A stretch of 64,000 bases of DNA from Nitrosopumilaceae archaeon (GCA_965207375.1 OZ242274.1:672001-736000), one strand, 5' to 3'; counted from the stretch's first letter, positions 50,049-61,099 are shown. The notes: a model not told the origin generated them from the sequence alone. Numbers and translations: made by a program.

Positions 50049-51464
50049 ATGAATAAAATAGATCTAAAACAATTAGAGACATACTTATCAGATTTATTTC
50101 CGATTTGTAGAAGCATAACCGGAAACGGGGTTAGAGATACATTAGAAAGACTAAACGAAATTGCAGAATTTCAAATAAAAGAAATTCCTTCTGGAAAAGA
50201 ATGTTATGATTGGACCATACCTAATGAATGGAATATTTTTGATGCATATGTTGAGAATTCAAAAGGAGAGAAAATCGTAGATTTTAAAAAAAATAATCTG
50301 CACCTAGTAAATTACAGTATTCCTATTGATGAAATAGTTTCTTATGAAGAATTACATGAGCATATATACACACTGCCTGATTTGCCTGATGCTATACCAT
50401 ATAGAACATCATATTATAAAGAGGATTGGGGATTTTGTTTGTCACACAACCAATTATCCAAATTAAACAAAGATGAAAAATTTCATATCAAGATAGATGC
50501 TACACTCAAACCTGGAAAATTAACCTATGGAGAATTTTTAATAAATGGAAAGTCTGATAAGGAATTTTTGTTTTCCACGTATTGTTGCCATCCTTCTTTA
50601 GCTAATGATAATTTATCCGGACCGCTATTATGGACTTATTTATTGAAAAAATTACAAAACCAAGAACCCCATCATAATTATCGATTCATCATTGTTCCAG
50701 AAACAATCGGAGCAATAGCCTACCTGCATCAAAATGAAAAGATCATGAAGGAGATCAATGGCGGATTTATTCTCACTTGTGTTGGAAGTCCAAATAATTT
50801 TAGCTATAAAAATACAATTGACGGAAATGATCCAATTGACAAAATTGTTTATAACGTTTTTGACAATAAAGGAATCAATCCCATTTCCTATCCTTTTGAT
50901 GTCAATGGAAGTGATGAAACACACTATTCTGCTCCATTTTTTAGAATTCCAATCGGTACTATTTGCAAAGATAAATACTATGAATTTCCATATTATCATA
51001 CATCCTTTGATGATCTTGACTTTGTGAAACCAATACACATTGAAGAAACTTATAGAATTTATGAAAATGTTCTTGAAAATATAGAATTAAAATTTGAATC
51101 ACTTCAAGCACTAGGGAAAAATCATGTTAAAATAAATGCAAACGAAGAGATATACACTTCGTTGCATCCTTACTGTGAACCCATGCTAAGCAAAAGAGGA
51201 CTGTATCCTACAATTGGCGGTAAAATAAAACAACAGGTAGAAAATATTGAAACAGAGCATCTACAAAGAAATTACAAAATTGATAAAAATACAGTCACAT
51301 CAGGAACAGAATTAGATTCTATCGGATGGTTGATGCTATTAAGTGATGGAATGACTAGCATTTCTGATATTTCTAAAAGAATAAAAATCTCAGAAGATAT
51401 TCTAAAAAAAGTTGCACAAAAATTGGTCAGTCATAATTTATTAAAAGTAAGGAGCAAATCATGA
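50049..51464 (+). CDS. DUF4910/DUF2172 aminopeptidase-like polysaccharide biosynthesis protein with C-terminal HTH
   Basis: LFPICRSITGNG, DWTIP.EW, IPYRTSYY, CHPSLANDNLSG, PETIG, GSDE, YHTS.D, EP.LSKRGLYP. Confidence 0.88.
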   Translation: MNKIDLKQLETYLSDLFPICRSITGNGVRDTLERLNEIAEFQIKEIPSGKECYDWTIPNEWNIFDAYVENSKGEKIVDFKKNNLHLVNYSIPIDEIVSYEELHEHIYTLPDLPDAIPYRTSYYKEDWGFCLSHNQLSKLNKDEKFHIKIDATLKPGKLTYGEFLINGKSDKEFLFSTYCCHPSLANDNLSGPLLWTYLLKKLQNQEPHHNYRFIIVPETIGAIAYLHQNEKIMKEINGGFILTCVGSPNNFSYKNTIDGNDPIDKIVYNVFDNKGINPISYPFDVNGSDETHYSAPFFRIPIGTICKDKYYEFPYYHTSFDDLDFVKPIHIEETYRIYENVLENIELKFESLQALGKNHVKINANEEIYTSLHPYCEPMLSKRGLYPTIGGKIKQQVENIETEHLQRNYKIDKNTVTSGTELDSIGWLMLLSDGMTSISDISKRIKISEDILKKVAQKLVSHNLLKVRSKS

Positions 51465-52252
51465 GGATCATAATTATCACAGGAAACCATCCTAGACATC
51501 TATTTTTCTTAAATTCAATCCACAAAAAGTATTCACTATCAGGAATGATTCTTCAAAGAAGAGAGAATATCATTCCTGAGCCAGATAAAGAACTAGAGCA
51601 AATTGATAAAGAAAATTTCATAAAGCATTTTCAAAATCGCCAAAAGACAGAAGCAAGTTATTTCGACACTACCACAATTCCCTCAATAAACAGACTAGAT
51701 GTAACAGATGAATCTTTAAACAGTGAGAAAAGTGCCAGATTTGTCAAAAAAATTAATCCAAATGTAGCTTTGATTTTTGGAACTAATTTGATCAAAGAGC
51801 CATTGTTTTCAGCATTGCCAAGACATGCAATCAATCTTCATTTAGGATTGTCACCTAGATACAGAGGTTCTGCCACATTATTTTGGCCATTTTATTTTAT
51901 GGAACCGTCATATGTAGGAAGTACATTTCATTACATCATAGAAGAACCAGATGCAGGAAATATCATTCATCAATCTATACCCCAATTAGAAATAAAAGAT
52001 GGAATTCATGATGTAGCTTGTAAAACAGTAATTCAATCCTCTAAAGATATTATAAAATTATTGGAAATTTTTGAAAGACATGGAGGGTGGAAAATTTTTA
52101 AACAAAAAGGTACAGGAAAAAATTTTCTTGATAGTGATTTTAAACCACAACATCTCAGAGTAGTGTATAATATTTTTAATGATCAACTAGTAAAAGAATA
52201 TCTTACAGGTAATGTATCATGTAAAATACCACGACTATTTAGGCAATTCTAA
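51461..52252 (+). CDS. Formyltransferase family protein
   Basis: INLHLGLSP.YRG and DAG motifs. Confidence 0.82.
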   Translation: MRIIIITGNHPRHLFFLNSIHKKYSLSGMILQRRENIIPEPDKELEQIDKENFIKHFQNRQKTEASYFDTTTIPSINRLDVTDESLNSEKSARFVKKINPNVALIFGTNLIKEPLFSALPRHAINLHLGLSPRYRGSATLFWPFYFMEPSYVGSTFHYIIEEPDAGNIIHQSIPQLEIKDGIHDVACKTVIQSSKDIIKLLEIFERHGGWKIFKQKGTGKNFLDSDFKPQHLRVVYNIFNDQLVKEYLTGNVSCKIPRLFRQF

Positions 52253-52493
52253 TTTTACAACAGAAATTTTTTGGAGATGAAATGTATTAAATGCGAGTTT
52301 GACATTTATGATTGACTCGAGTTGATATCACCAATGGTCTCTAACCTTACTGTACGGTACCAATACCAAAAAATTATGAATTAAGTCAATTTAGATGTAG
52401 GCCAGTACCAGGCACGTAGTAAGAGTACTTTTCAATAGGGGAATTAATGTTGAAAATCTCTTTCAAAATCTGTAAATATTGATCTAGTGTCTA

Positions 52494-53810
52494 GTGATTA
52501 AATTGAAGATTCTTACTCCTACATTTCTACACCCTTCTAGAAATAACCTTAGAGTTTATTTGATGAATTCTATACAAAAAAACCTATCACATATTACTGA
52601 TACGACTGTAGTTTGGGTTGTATTTCAACCAGACAGGTTTTCCTCTACAAAAAATGAACATGAGTGGATAATTGATATTCACGATTTTGATGATGCAGTA
52701 TCTTTGTTAAAGGAGATAAAACCAGATTGTGTTCTTGTAACTTACACATATGATACTATTCAGCATTCATTATCTATGGCTGCCAAATTTTTACAAATTC
52801 CATTGATTTCAATTTATTGGAAACCACCTATTCATGTAGGAATCAAGCAGATCAAAGCAATATCTTTGAAAAATAACATTTCTGCAATTATACGAAATTT
52901 TGTTTCTTCAAAAGTACCAACTGACTCTAAGCAACAAAAACATTTCTTTAGAAGAGGAAGATTTGCATTATACAAATATAACTATTTGGTCAAAACACAA
53001 AATCAAATAGGAAAATCATTTTTATATATTCTAAAATTTTCTGCAGAAGACATTTTCAAATATATGCAATCCCGTATGGAAAGATATAATCTTCTATCAG
53101 ATTTGCATTTACTGTGTGATGATTCCTGGATAGATGTCTTAAAATATCGTAAGATTGCTAAAGAAAAGCTTTTGATAACTGGAAATCCCATGAATGATAG
53201 AGTCTTTGGAAAAATTAAAAATCCTACAAAGAAAATTCCCGACATATCTAGTCTCAATATCTTGGTTGTTACCGACTCATTATACGAACATGGTTTATGG
53301 TCGCAATCAGAACGTGATGCTTTCGTTGAATATCTTTTATCGGAGATTAAGGGAATTTCAGGAGTATCAATTACCGTAAAGATTCATCCTAGTTCTGAAG
53401 ATTTTAATGAATATCAAGAAATTTTAGCGAAAAACCATTCTGATATAGTTCTGTTACAACATGAGGATTTGTTAGATATTGTTGTTAATTATGATCTTGT
53501 TGTATCATACGGAGAGAGTAATTCTCATGAGGAAGTAATTCTTGGTGAGAAAAAACTAATCCTAGTGGATGTCAAAGTACTTACAAATCATAAACGAATA
53601 ATCCAACATGGGGTTTCTTCAGGTCTGGTTCAACACGTGTCAGATATTAAATCACTTGGCAAAATCATTCCTAATTTCTTAAAGCAACCTATTGACATTA
53701 CCGAAGAATTTGCAAGTGAGCGTACTGTAATGTGTGATGCCGGTGATACTTCAGGAGAGACTGTGGCAAAAGCCATAATTGCTTTGATTTCTAAATCTAA
53801 AGCTAACTGA
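52494..53810 (+). CDS. Putative GT-B glycosyltransferase (possible nonulosonate transferase)
   Basis: ITGNP..D, VKIHP and S...E motifs; directly upstream of the CMP-NulO synthetase. Confidence 0.55.
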   Translation: MIKLKILTPTFLHPSRNNLRVYLMNSIQKNLSHITDTTVVWVVFQPDRFSSTKNEHEWIIDIHDFDDAVSLLKEIKPDCVLVTYTYDTIQHSLSMAAKFLQIPLISIYWKPPIHVGIKQIKAISLKNNISAIIRNFVSSKVPTDSKQQKHFFRRGRFALYKYNYLVKTQNQIGKSFLYILKFSAEDIFKYMQSRMERYNLLSDLHLLCDDSWIDVLKYRKIAKEKLLITGNPMNDRVFGKIKNPTKKIPDISSLNILVVTDSLYEHGLWSQSERDAFVEYLLSEIKGISGVSITVKIHPSSEDFNEYQEILAKNHSDIVLLQHEDLLDIVVNYDLVVSYGESNSHEEVILGEKKLILVDVKVLTNHKRIIQHGVSSGLVQHVSDIKSLGKIIPNFLKQPIDITEEFASERTVMCDAGDTSGETVAKAIIALISKSKAN

Positions 53811-53876
53811 TGAGTAGGCCCTCATATATCAATGAAATTTTATGTGGGAACATGTTCAGTCAAGCAGGTGTGAATT

Positions 53877-54563
53877 ATGTATAATAATAAACAGGTATTA
53901 TGCTTGATTTTGGCTAGAGGAGGATCAAAGGGAGTTCCAAGAAAAAATATAAAAATTTTACACGGCAAGCCACTCATTAAACATAGCATAGACGTAGCAA
54001 AACAAACAGCATACATTGACAAAATTTTTGTATCTACAGATGATAAAAAAATTAAAGAAATTTCCATGAATGCAGGAGCATCCGTAATTGATCGTCCATC
54101 AGAATTAGCATCGGATTCAGCAGAATATCTTCAGGCTGTTAAACATATGTTAGGATCGATTAAAGCCAAACCTGATTCTATGATTGTTTTGCTTGAAGTT
54201 ACCTTACCAATTAGAAAAATGACAGATGTCAAAAATTGTATCGAGTGTTTTAACAGCAACGTTGACTGTGTAGTTTCGGTCATGGAGGCAAAAGTTCATC
54301 CAGGATTCATGTTCAGATCAAAAGGAGATTTATTAGTACGATATGATGAAACTATAAATCTAAAAAACAGACAAGAAATGGAAAAACTTTATGCGTATAC
54401 TGGTTCCATTCTTGTAACAAATGTAAATTTTTTACAAAATCAAGATTCCGTTGTTTTTGGAGGAAGAATGAAGGGTTATTTACTTGATGAAAAAAGTTCT
54501 CTAGACATTGATAGCCCTTTTGATTTTGACATGTGTGAATTTGTTTTGAATAGTTACAAATAA
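53877..54563 (+). CDS. Acylneuraminate cytidylyltransferase (NeuA/PseF family)
   Basis: ARGGSKGVPRKN, VSTD, RP.ELA.D, RQ, DID. Confidence 0.92.
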   Translation: MYNNKQVLCLILARGGSKGVPRKNIKILHGKPLIKHSIDVAKQTAYIDKIFVSTDDKKIKEISMNAGASVIDRPSELASDSAEYLQAVKHMLGSIKAKPDSMIVLLEVTLPIRKMTDVKNCIECFNSNVDCVVSVMEAKVHPGFMFRSKGDLLVRYDETINLKNRQEMEKLYAYTGSILVTNVNFLQNQDSVVFGGRMKGYLLDEKSSLDIDSPFDFDMCEFVLNSYK

Positions 54564-54823
54564 TGATTGAATAGATGTAGTCTACATATTATTGATTCAG
54601 TAGATTCAGAATCAACTGATCAAAATTTTTGTAAATCTTGTCTAGTTTTTTGGTTTCTGCATTTACAAAATATCAGAATATTTGATTGAGATGTCATGAA
54701 CTTCAGGTCGTGGGTTTTATAGATAAGATTTCCATGTAGGCTCAAATTAAAGTGTTGTAAACGACTAGTGGGATATACAATTTTCGACCATATCTTCTTA
54801 AAGGTGAAAATAATAATCTTTTT

Positions 54824-55705
54824 ATGAATATCCTTGTGGGCATTCCTGCATTTAATGAGGAAAAAAATATTGCAAAAATAATAATCAAATTGCAGAAAAT
54901 TACCGATAACATCATAGTTTGTAATGACGGTTCCAAAGACCTTACAGCAGAAATTGTTGAAAAGCTTGGCGCCAAAGTAATTAATCATGAAAAAAATTTG
55001 GGATATGGTGCAAGTATAAGAAGTATTTTTCTCAAAGCCAAGGAGATGGATTTTGATGTATTAGTTACCTTTGATGCAGACGGTCAGCATAGAATTTCAG
55101 ATATAAAACCGATAATTCAACAAATAGAGAATAATCAAGCAGATATCGTGATTGGTTCAAGGTTTCTAAAGGAGAAAAACGATGTTCCAAAATTCAGAAA
55201 ATTGGGAATCAAGACGATTACTTCACTAACAAATGCATCTTTGGATAAAACCATCACGGATTCACAAAGTGGTCTTCGAGCTTATAGCAAAAAGGTCGTA
55301 AGAGAAATTACCCCAGCAGAGAGTGGAATGGGCGTATCAACTGAGATTCTGATAAAAGCAAACAAAAAAGACTTCAAGATAGGCGAAGTGCCCATAGTTG
55401 TATCATATGAGGGAAAGACATCAACGCACCATCCGGTATCTCATGGAATTTCAGTGGTTGCAAGTACTTTAAAATTCACATCAATTGAGCATCCATTGAA
55501 ATTTTATGGAATTCCAGGGGTAATTTTTCTAACGGTGGGGTTGTTTTTTACCATCTGGACAATTCAGGGTTTCACTGAAACAAGACAGATCATAACAAAT
55601 GTTGCAATAATTGGAATAGGTACTACGATTCTAGGATCTCTGTTAATTGTGACTTCCATCATGCTTTATTCCATAGTTACGGTGGTGAGGGAAAAACACA
55701 GTTAA
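54824..55705 (+). CDS. Glycosyltransferase family 2 (DPM synthase-like) with C-terminal TMs
   Basis: IPAFNEE, DGSKD, DADGQH, GSRF, DSQSG. Confidence 0.9.
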   Translation: MNILVGIPAFNEEKNIAKIIIKLQKITDNIIVCNDGSKDLTAEIVEKLGAKVINHEKNLGYGASIRSIFLKAKEMDFDVLVTFDADGQHRISDIKPIIQQIENNQADIVIGSRFLKEKNDVPKFRKLGIKTITSLTNASLDKTITDSQSGLRAYSKKVVREITPAESGMGVSTEILIKANKKDFKIGEVPIVVSYEGKTSTHHPVSHGISVVASTLKFTSIEHPLKFYGIPGVIFLTVGLFFTIWTIQGFTETRQIITNVAIIGIGTTILGSLLIVTSIMLYSIVTVVREKHS

Positions 55706-55840
55706 CTTGGAATTTATTCAAACGTTGTAAGTGTTAACCTGATCACTTGTAAATTCTTCGGGGTCATATGGACAGTATGGACCGACCACTTGAAACTCAT
55801 GATGCTCAGAACTCACGTTCTTCCTTGTCAGATTATCAAA

Positions 55841-57010
55841 TTATTTTGGATCCGATACGTCATCACCTAACTGATCAATTGCTGCAAGAGTATTTGTTTT
55901 TTCCATCCATGAAATAAGTTGTTTTTTCAAACTTTTTTCGATTTGAGGGTTTGAGCCTATTATATTATTATTTTCTCCTGGATCTATTTTCAAATTATAT
56001 AATTGCCATTCATTATTATGTTTGTTAAAAATCATCTTATAATCCAAATTTTTAATACAAAAAATGTTTGGTTCTTTTGGAGAAGGATATGGTCCTTGTA
56101 GTGCTCCCGTCTCAGAAAATACCATTTCTTTATCATCTAATTTTTCTTGTTCATTAAATAAAAACTTGGAAAAACTCTTTCCAGGTAACTCTATTTTTTC
56201 TAGATTTATTAAATCCAGAATGGTTGGGAAGATATCAATTGTTTCTCGTAAACTAGAACATATTCTGTTTTTAACAATCTTATTTCCAATAAATAGATAA
56301 AATGTTCTTATCGTTTCTTCAAAAGTAAATGATCCATAATTTCTTTCACCAAATCTTTCACCAACTCCTGTTCCATGATCTGAAAAAAATATTATTATGC
56401 TTTCATTATCTAAAGCCATATTGTTAATTGTATTATAGATTAATTCCGAATACTCCCCAGCTTCTCGAAAAACTTGATCATAATTGAGCAAATTTTTATC
56501 TTTCTTATCATAAAATCGTTTATCGTTCCATTCATATTTTTTTAATACTTCAGATACGGTAACAGTATGAATTCTAGTAAAATGAAGAAAAACAAACAAA
56601 GGTTTTCCCTTTGAATTTTCTTTACATGTTTTCAAAAAATCTGAATGTCGTTTTCTTAAATCATCATTAAACTCATCGTGAAATTGATGAATATTAAATC
56701 CTCTTTTTGAAATAATTTTATCTGAAAGTAAGTCACATGCTGTAAAATATCCTGCACGGTTTAAAATTTCAGGCAGTATCTTTATCGAATCTTTGAGCCT
56801 AAACATCTTGTAATATGCATCAATTCCATTATCCTTTCCATATAATCCTGAAAAAGTCACATTTACAGAACCAATTGTATATGGTATAGCTGTATTTACA
56901 TTATTCATCAAGGTGCCGTTTTTCATTAGTTTGACAAAATTAGATGATTGTTCAATTCTATCAGCTCTAGCTCCATCAAGTAAAATTAATATAATATTTG
57001 GTCGTTTCAT
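55841..57010 (-). CDS. Alkaline-phosphatase-superfamily (sulfatase-like) hydrolase/transferase
   Basis: PNIILILLD, SDHG, LYNL..DPGE; YTIGS occupies the CxPxR position. Confidence 0.82.
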   Translation of the reverse strand: MKRPNIILILLDGARADRIEQSSNFVKLMKNGTLMNNVNTAIPYTIGSVNVTFSGLYGKDNGIDAYYKMFRLKDSIKILPEILNRAGYFTACDLLSDKIISKRGFNIHQFHDEFNDDLRKRHSDFLKTCKENSKGKPLFVFLHFTRIHTVTVSEVLKKYEWNDKRFYDKKDKNLLNYDQVFREAGEYSELIYNTINNMALDNESIIIFFSDHGTGVGERFGERNYGSFTFEETIRTFYLFIGNKIVKNRICSSLRETIDIFPTILDLINLEKIELPGKSFSKFLFNEQEKLDDKEMVFSETGALQGPYPSPKEPNIFCIKNLDYKMIFNKHNNEWQLYNLKIDPGENNNIIGSNPQIEKSLKKQLISWMEKTNTLAAIDQLGDDVSDPK

Positions 57011-57807
57011 TTCAAATCCTCCAAATTTATAAATTCTGAAATTTTATTTGAATTAAATAATTCATTATAAATTCTATAATCTTTTTTTGAATCCAATTCC
57101 AACCATCCATTATTTACAAATACGGGTGTTATTTTTTGATTGTCTTTAATTAGTCCTTGTAAAAAGTCGGTCATGTAAGATTTCTCAAATGGCATTTTAT
57201 CAGTTAAAGGGTTTATTCCTTCAGTGCGTGACTTTTCCTTACATTTTTTGTAAAATGTTTGAAAATTTTTTATTCCTTTTCCCTGTATTTTAATTAGTCC
57301 AATAAATTGTCCTTTAATTTCTTTAATATTGTCAGTTTTTTGACCTATATCTGAAATTTTGCCATCGTTGTCAATTTGAAGAGTTTCAGCGTCATCTAAA
57401 GGATTCTCAAATCTGATTTCCCACAATTTTCTCCAATCTTGATCTATGACTACTGAAATATCTTCATTAGTTTCCATTAATTTTTTTATTATTTTTTTTT
57501 CATAAATTATATCTCCATAAGAAATTATTATTGATTCATCAAATTCCTCTTCTGCATAAAAAAGTGTCTCCACCATGTTTGTTGAGTTATATTTTTCATT
57601 AAAATAATATTTAACATCTTGAAAATTTATTTTTTCTTTTTGGTAACCTCGAACTATACAAATTTCATTTATTCCTAATTTTTTAAAAACATTAATCTGC
57701 ATTTTTAAAATTGTTTCTCCAAATAATTTTATCATACCTTTTGGATTTTCATTTGTTAATGGCCACAATCTTTTACCCTCACCAGCTGCTAAAATTATGA
57801 CTTTCAA
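57007..57807 (-). CDS. NTP transferase, Cj1416-like (CTP:phosphoglutamine cytidylyltransferase)
   Basis: ILAAGEG.RL, GY, TNM, YGDI, ETL, GLIK, MTD.LQ, WLELD; gene context. Confidence 0.8.
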   Translation of the reverse strand: MKVIILAAGEGKRLWPLTNENPKGMIKLFGETILKMQINVFKKLGINEICIVRGYQKEKINFQDVKYYFNEKYNSTNMVETLFYAEEEFDESIIISYGDIIYEKKIIKKLMETNEDISVVIDQDWRKLWEIRFENPLDDAETLQIDNDGKISDIGQKTDNIKEIKGQFIGLIKIQGKGIKNFQTFYKKCKEKSRTEGINPLTDKMPFEKSYMTDFLQGLIKDNQKITPVFVNNGWLELDSKKDYRIYNELFNSNKISEFINLEDLK

Positions 57808-57808
57808 T

Positions 57809-58468
57809 TTATTTTACTTGCAATTTATTTTCTAAAAACTTTTTTAATAATGATGTGTTTCTTTCTCTTTCTGGATGCCACATTACTCCCATTATTGGTA
57901 AACTCTTGTGAATAAATCCTTCTATTGTATTGTCTTTTTTATGAATGGCAAATGAAATCAATGATTCTCCAACATCTTCAATATTAATTATATTGCGATG
58001 ATAAGAATTCACAATTATTTTGTTTTGTTTTAACAATTCACTAATTGGTTTATTTAAAATTAATACTTGATGTTTTTTCCTTATGTGTTCATCATTGTTA
58101 CCGCGTCTTATTTTTCCACCAAAAAATTTATTCAATACCTGCATGCCTCTACAAACACCAAATATCGGTAATTTATGTCCTATCCCAAACTCGATGATTT
58201 CTCTTTCAGTACAATCTCTATCAATATTATCTCCAATATCATCGCCTCCTGATAATATTATTCCATCTATGTTTAAACTCTCTAGAAATAGTGATACATT
58301 TGAGAGATTATTAGGAATCATGACGGGAATCATTTTTATCGTGTCCAAAAATCTAGTCCAATCCTGAGACAGAGCATCTCTTTTTTCTTCATATCCTTTA
58401 GCATCAACAATTCTTGTTGAAATTCCAATTTTTCCAAATGATTTCTTTACATCATTATTTTGTGTCAA
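57809..58468 (-). CDS. Class I glutamine amidotransferase/peptidase C26, Cj1417-like
   Basis: E.RDALSQDW, LSGGD, GVCRGMQ, VNSYH, MWHPER. Confidence 0.85.
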   Translation of the reverse strand: MTQNNDVKKSFGKIGISTRIVDAKGYEEKRDALSQDWTRFLDTIKMIPVMIPNNLSNVSLFLESLNIDGIILSGGDDIGDNIDRDCTEREIIEFGIGHKLPIFGVCRGMQVLNKFFGGKIRRGNNDEHIRKKHQVLILNKPISELLKQNKIIVNSYHRNIINIEDVGESLISFAIHKKDNTIEGFIHKSLPIMGVMWHPERERNTSLLKKFLENKLQVK

Positions 58469-58490
58469 GATCTTGTTCCTTTTTAGAATT

Positions 58491-60896
58491 TTATTTAATA
58501 TATCCTAATGTTTTTAATGTTATTTTTTCTTCGATAAATTCATCTAAAAATTTTTGTGTCAAAATTATGATTTGTTGATTTTTACAATCAAGCATTATTT
58601 TAGATGTATTAATAATTTTTTCATATAATATTTCTCCACAACCTATTGCAGCTGGCATGTCTACTTCAGAACATCTAATGGACATGTGTGATGCAACTCC
58701 ACCGTATTTTGTTATTAACCCTTTGAAATTTTTTGTAAATAACCAATCATAACCCGGATCAGCATTTTCTAACAACACAATTTTATTTTGAACGTCAATA
58801 TTTCTTAAGTTCTTTTTAATATGGATAACATTACCTATAATTTTTTTACTTGATATAAAATTAGGTTTTGAATAATAATGTTGAATTATATCAAAATCTT
58901 CTTCTGATTTAATGATTGGGGGTAAAACTAAACTTTCTTGCTTTCTTTTTACATTAATCTGTTTTTTTATAGATATTTTCCATTTTTTAATTAGCTCGTT
59001 TTTTGATAATTTTTTATAATTATCTAAAATTGATGTGATACTTAAATTTGACATTTCATCTCTTTTAAAACCTAGCATCTTTCCAGCCTTTGCAATTAAT
59101 TCCAGAGAATCACTTAGGTTTTTTGTAAATTCAAATTTTAATTCTTCTCTCTGTACAAGTGATATTTTTAAAAGTTCTTGAAAATCTTTCCAGTTTGTTT
59201 CTAAACCATGTTTTTTAAAATCTATTTCTATTCTTTTAATATTTGGTTTTTTCTTTTTTCTTGCTTCAAGTAGATTTATGTTTTCAAAATAATTATTTTT
59301 ATCATATCTTGATGAAGTAATATCATATGTTCCAGGTCTTAAATGACCATATTTTTCTAAAAATTCTTTTTTGCTGATTAGTCTTTTTGTGTATAATTCG
59401 TAGTCGTTTTTAAATTTAGTTAGTGGGCTTTGTATTGTTAGCATTAAATTTTCATAGTAATGCATATCAATAAATCCTGTTTTTATCAAACTTTTTAATA
59501 TTATTGTTCCTATGAATGCAATTCTAGCCATCGTTGAAAATGGAAGTGTTCCATTTTTTTTACAGTCTTTGAGAATTTTTTCCGCAGCCTGAAGATAATC
59601 CACATATCTCTTTTTTGATATGTTAAGATTTTTTTCTATTTTTTTTCTATTTTTAGATAAATTCTTAATAGAATTAGTAGCTTTATTTGAAATATTTTCA
59701 AAATTTACAAATAAATTATTTGTTAGTTGTAAAATGGCCTGTTCTATTTCATCAACCTCTTTAACAGAAAAATTATGATTTTTTAATTCTTGTAATCGTT
59801 CCTTGATTAAAAAATCATAACAGGACAATAGAATTTCAAATTCAACTTTATCATGAAATTCTGGATTTCTTTCTAATTTCATTAGATAAAATTTTAATAG
59901 TTTTTTTCTTAGTTCTGCATTTATTGATTTTGGAATCATTGAATTGAAACTTGTAACAAGATCTATGTATGGTTTGTTTCCAAATCTATACATTAATGAT
60001 TTTGGAAAAGTATCTTGATATCCTAAAATTTTTCTACCAGTAATCCATTCCGATTTTAATAATAAATAATTATACAACGAATAATCTAAAAGATTTGGAT
60101 TATTTCCTATAATTTCTGATGGATTCCAATCTGCCATGTCCGAAAATATATTTTTAAAATTATATTTTGATGATTTTACAATTTTATTATATTTTTTCTT
60201 GTTTTTATTTATTATATTTACAATGTCTTTTTCTAAAATTTGATTTTTATTTTTTATAAAAGTTATGGGTCTAATTTGAAAAATTATTATTTGGTTTGAT
60301 TTTGTGATTGCAAATTCAATATCTAATGAATGTTTTGGGAAAATTTTCTCTATTTCTTTTACTGATTCAATTAATTTTTTAAATTTTAGATCAATTTTTG
60401 AAGTATACTTATGAAAAATATTTACATTTTTACTAATTCCACCTTTTGTAACGGTATCTGTAGAATTTCCGTCGTCATAATTTATTACATAGTATGGTTT
60501 TCCATCATTTTCTGTTTTTGTAAATATTACTCCACTTCTAACAACATTTGATGTCTGATTTTGAACTAAAATCTGGTTATTTTTATTAAAATTTCCTTTT
60601 TTATTGTATGATATAATAATTTTGTTTATTGCAGCTTTTATGTCATTTTTTGATTTAGATGATACATTCAAGATGCTTTGGTAGCTACCTGCTTGGGAAT
60701 TATTTATTGAATCCTCTCCCATCGCTGAACTTCTTATAATTATTTTTGAATGAAAATTTGTTGTAATTTCTTTAATAACTTTTATTGAATTATTCTCCCA
60801 CTCTAAAACTGTAAAATAAAAAATTTTTTCAATTTTAGATTTTTTTAATATTTTTTGTAAATAAATTAATACATTTGCTTTAGATGAAAATTCCAT
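58491..60896 (-). CDS. PEP-utilising/PPDK-like enzyme, Cj1418-like L-glutamine kinase
   Basis: SKA..L, IRSS..ED, MADWNPSEIIG, HDKVEF, YGHLRPGTYDI, ADPGYDW, YGG.ASHM.IR. Start trimmed to MEFSS. Confidence 0.85.
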   Translation of the reverse strand: MEFSSKANVLIYLQKILKKSKIEKIFYFTVLEWENNSIKVIKEITTNFHSKIIIRSSAMGEDSINNSQAGSYQSILNVSSKSKNDIKAAINKIIISYNKKGNFNKNNQILVQNQTSNVVRSGVIFTKTENDGKPYYVINYDDGNSTDTVTKGGISKNVNIFHKYTSKIDLKFKKLIESVKEIEKIFPKHSLDIEFAITKSNQIIIFQIRPITFIKNKNQILEKDIVNIINKNKKKYNKIVKSSKYNFKNIFSDMADWNPSEIIGNNPNLLDYSLYNYLLLKSEWITGRKILGYQDTFPKSLMYRFGNKPYIDLVTSFNSMIPKSINAELRKKLLKFYLMKLERNPEFHDKVEFEILLSCYDFLIKERLQELKNHNFSVKEVDEIEQAILQLTNNLFVNFENISNKATNSIKNLSKNRKKIEKNLNISKKRYVDYLQAAEKILKDCKKNGTLPFSTMARIAFIGTIILKSLIKTGFIDMHYYENLMLTIQSPLTKFKNDYELYTKRLISKKEFLEKYGHLRPGTYDITSSRYDKNNYFENINLLEARKKKKPNIKRIEIDFKKHGLETNWKDFQELLKISLVQREELKFEFTKNLSDSLELIAKAGKMLGFKRDEMSNLSITSILDNYKKLSKNELIKKWKISIKKQINVKRKQESLVLPPIIKSEEDFDIIQHYYSKPNFISSKKIIGNVIHIKKNLRNIDVQNKIVLLENADPGYDWLFTKNFKGLITKYGGVASHMSIRCSEVDMPAAIGCGEILYEKIINTSKIMLDCKNQQIIILTQKFLDEFIEEKITLKTLGYIK

Positions 60897-61099
60897 ACAA
60901 TGTGATATTTTTCTTGATATATCATTGTTTTTTGATTTGAAGACTCGCCAGCAAATACAGAATCCTATACAATATAGCGATGTAGGTAAATTCTTGTACA
61001 GCAACAGTATATTCTATTACACCGAAATCATTTCGCCTCGATCCACCACTAGAACTACGCCATGGTGGTTATCATGTGTTCACAATGTTAACCCTTACG

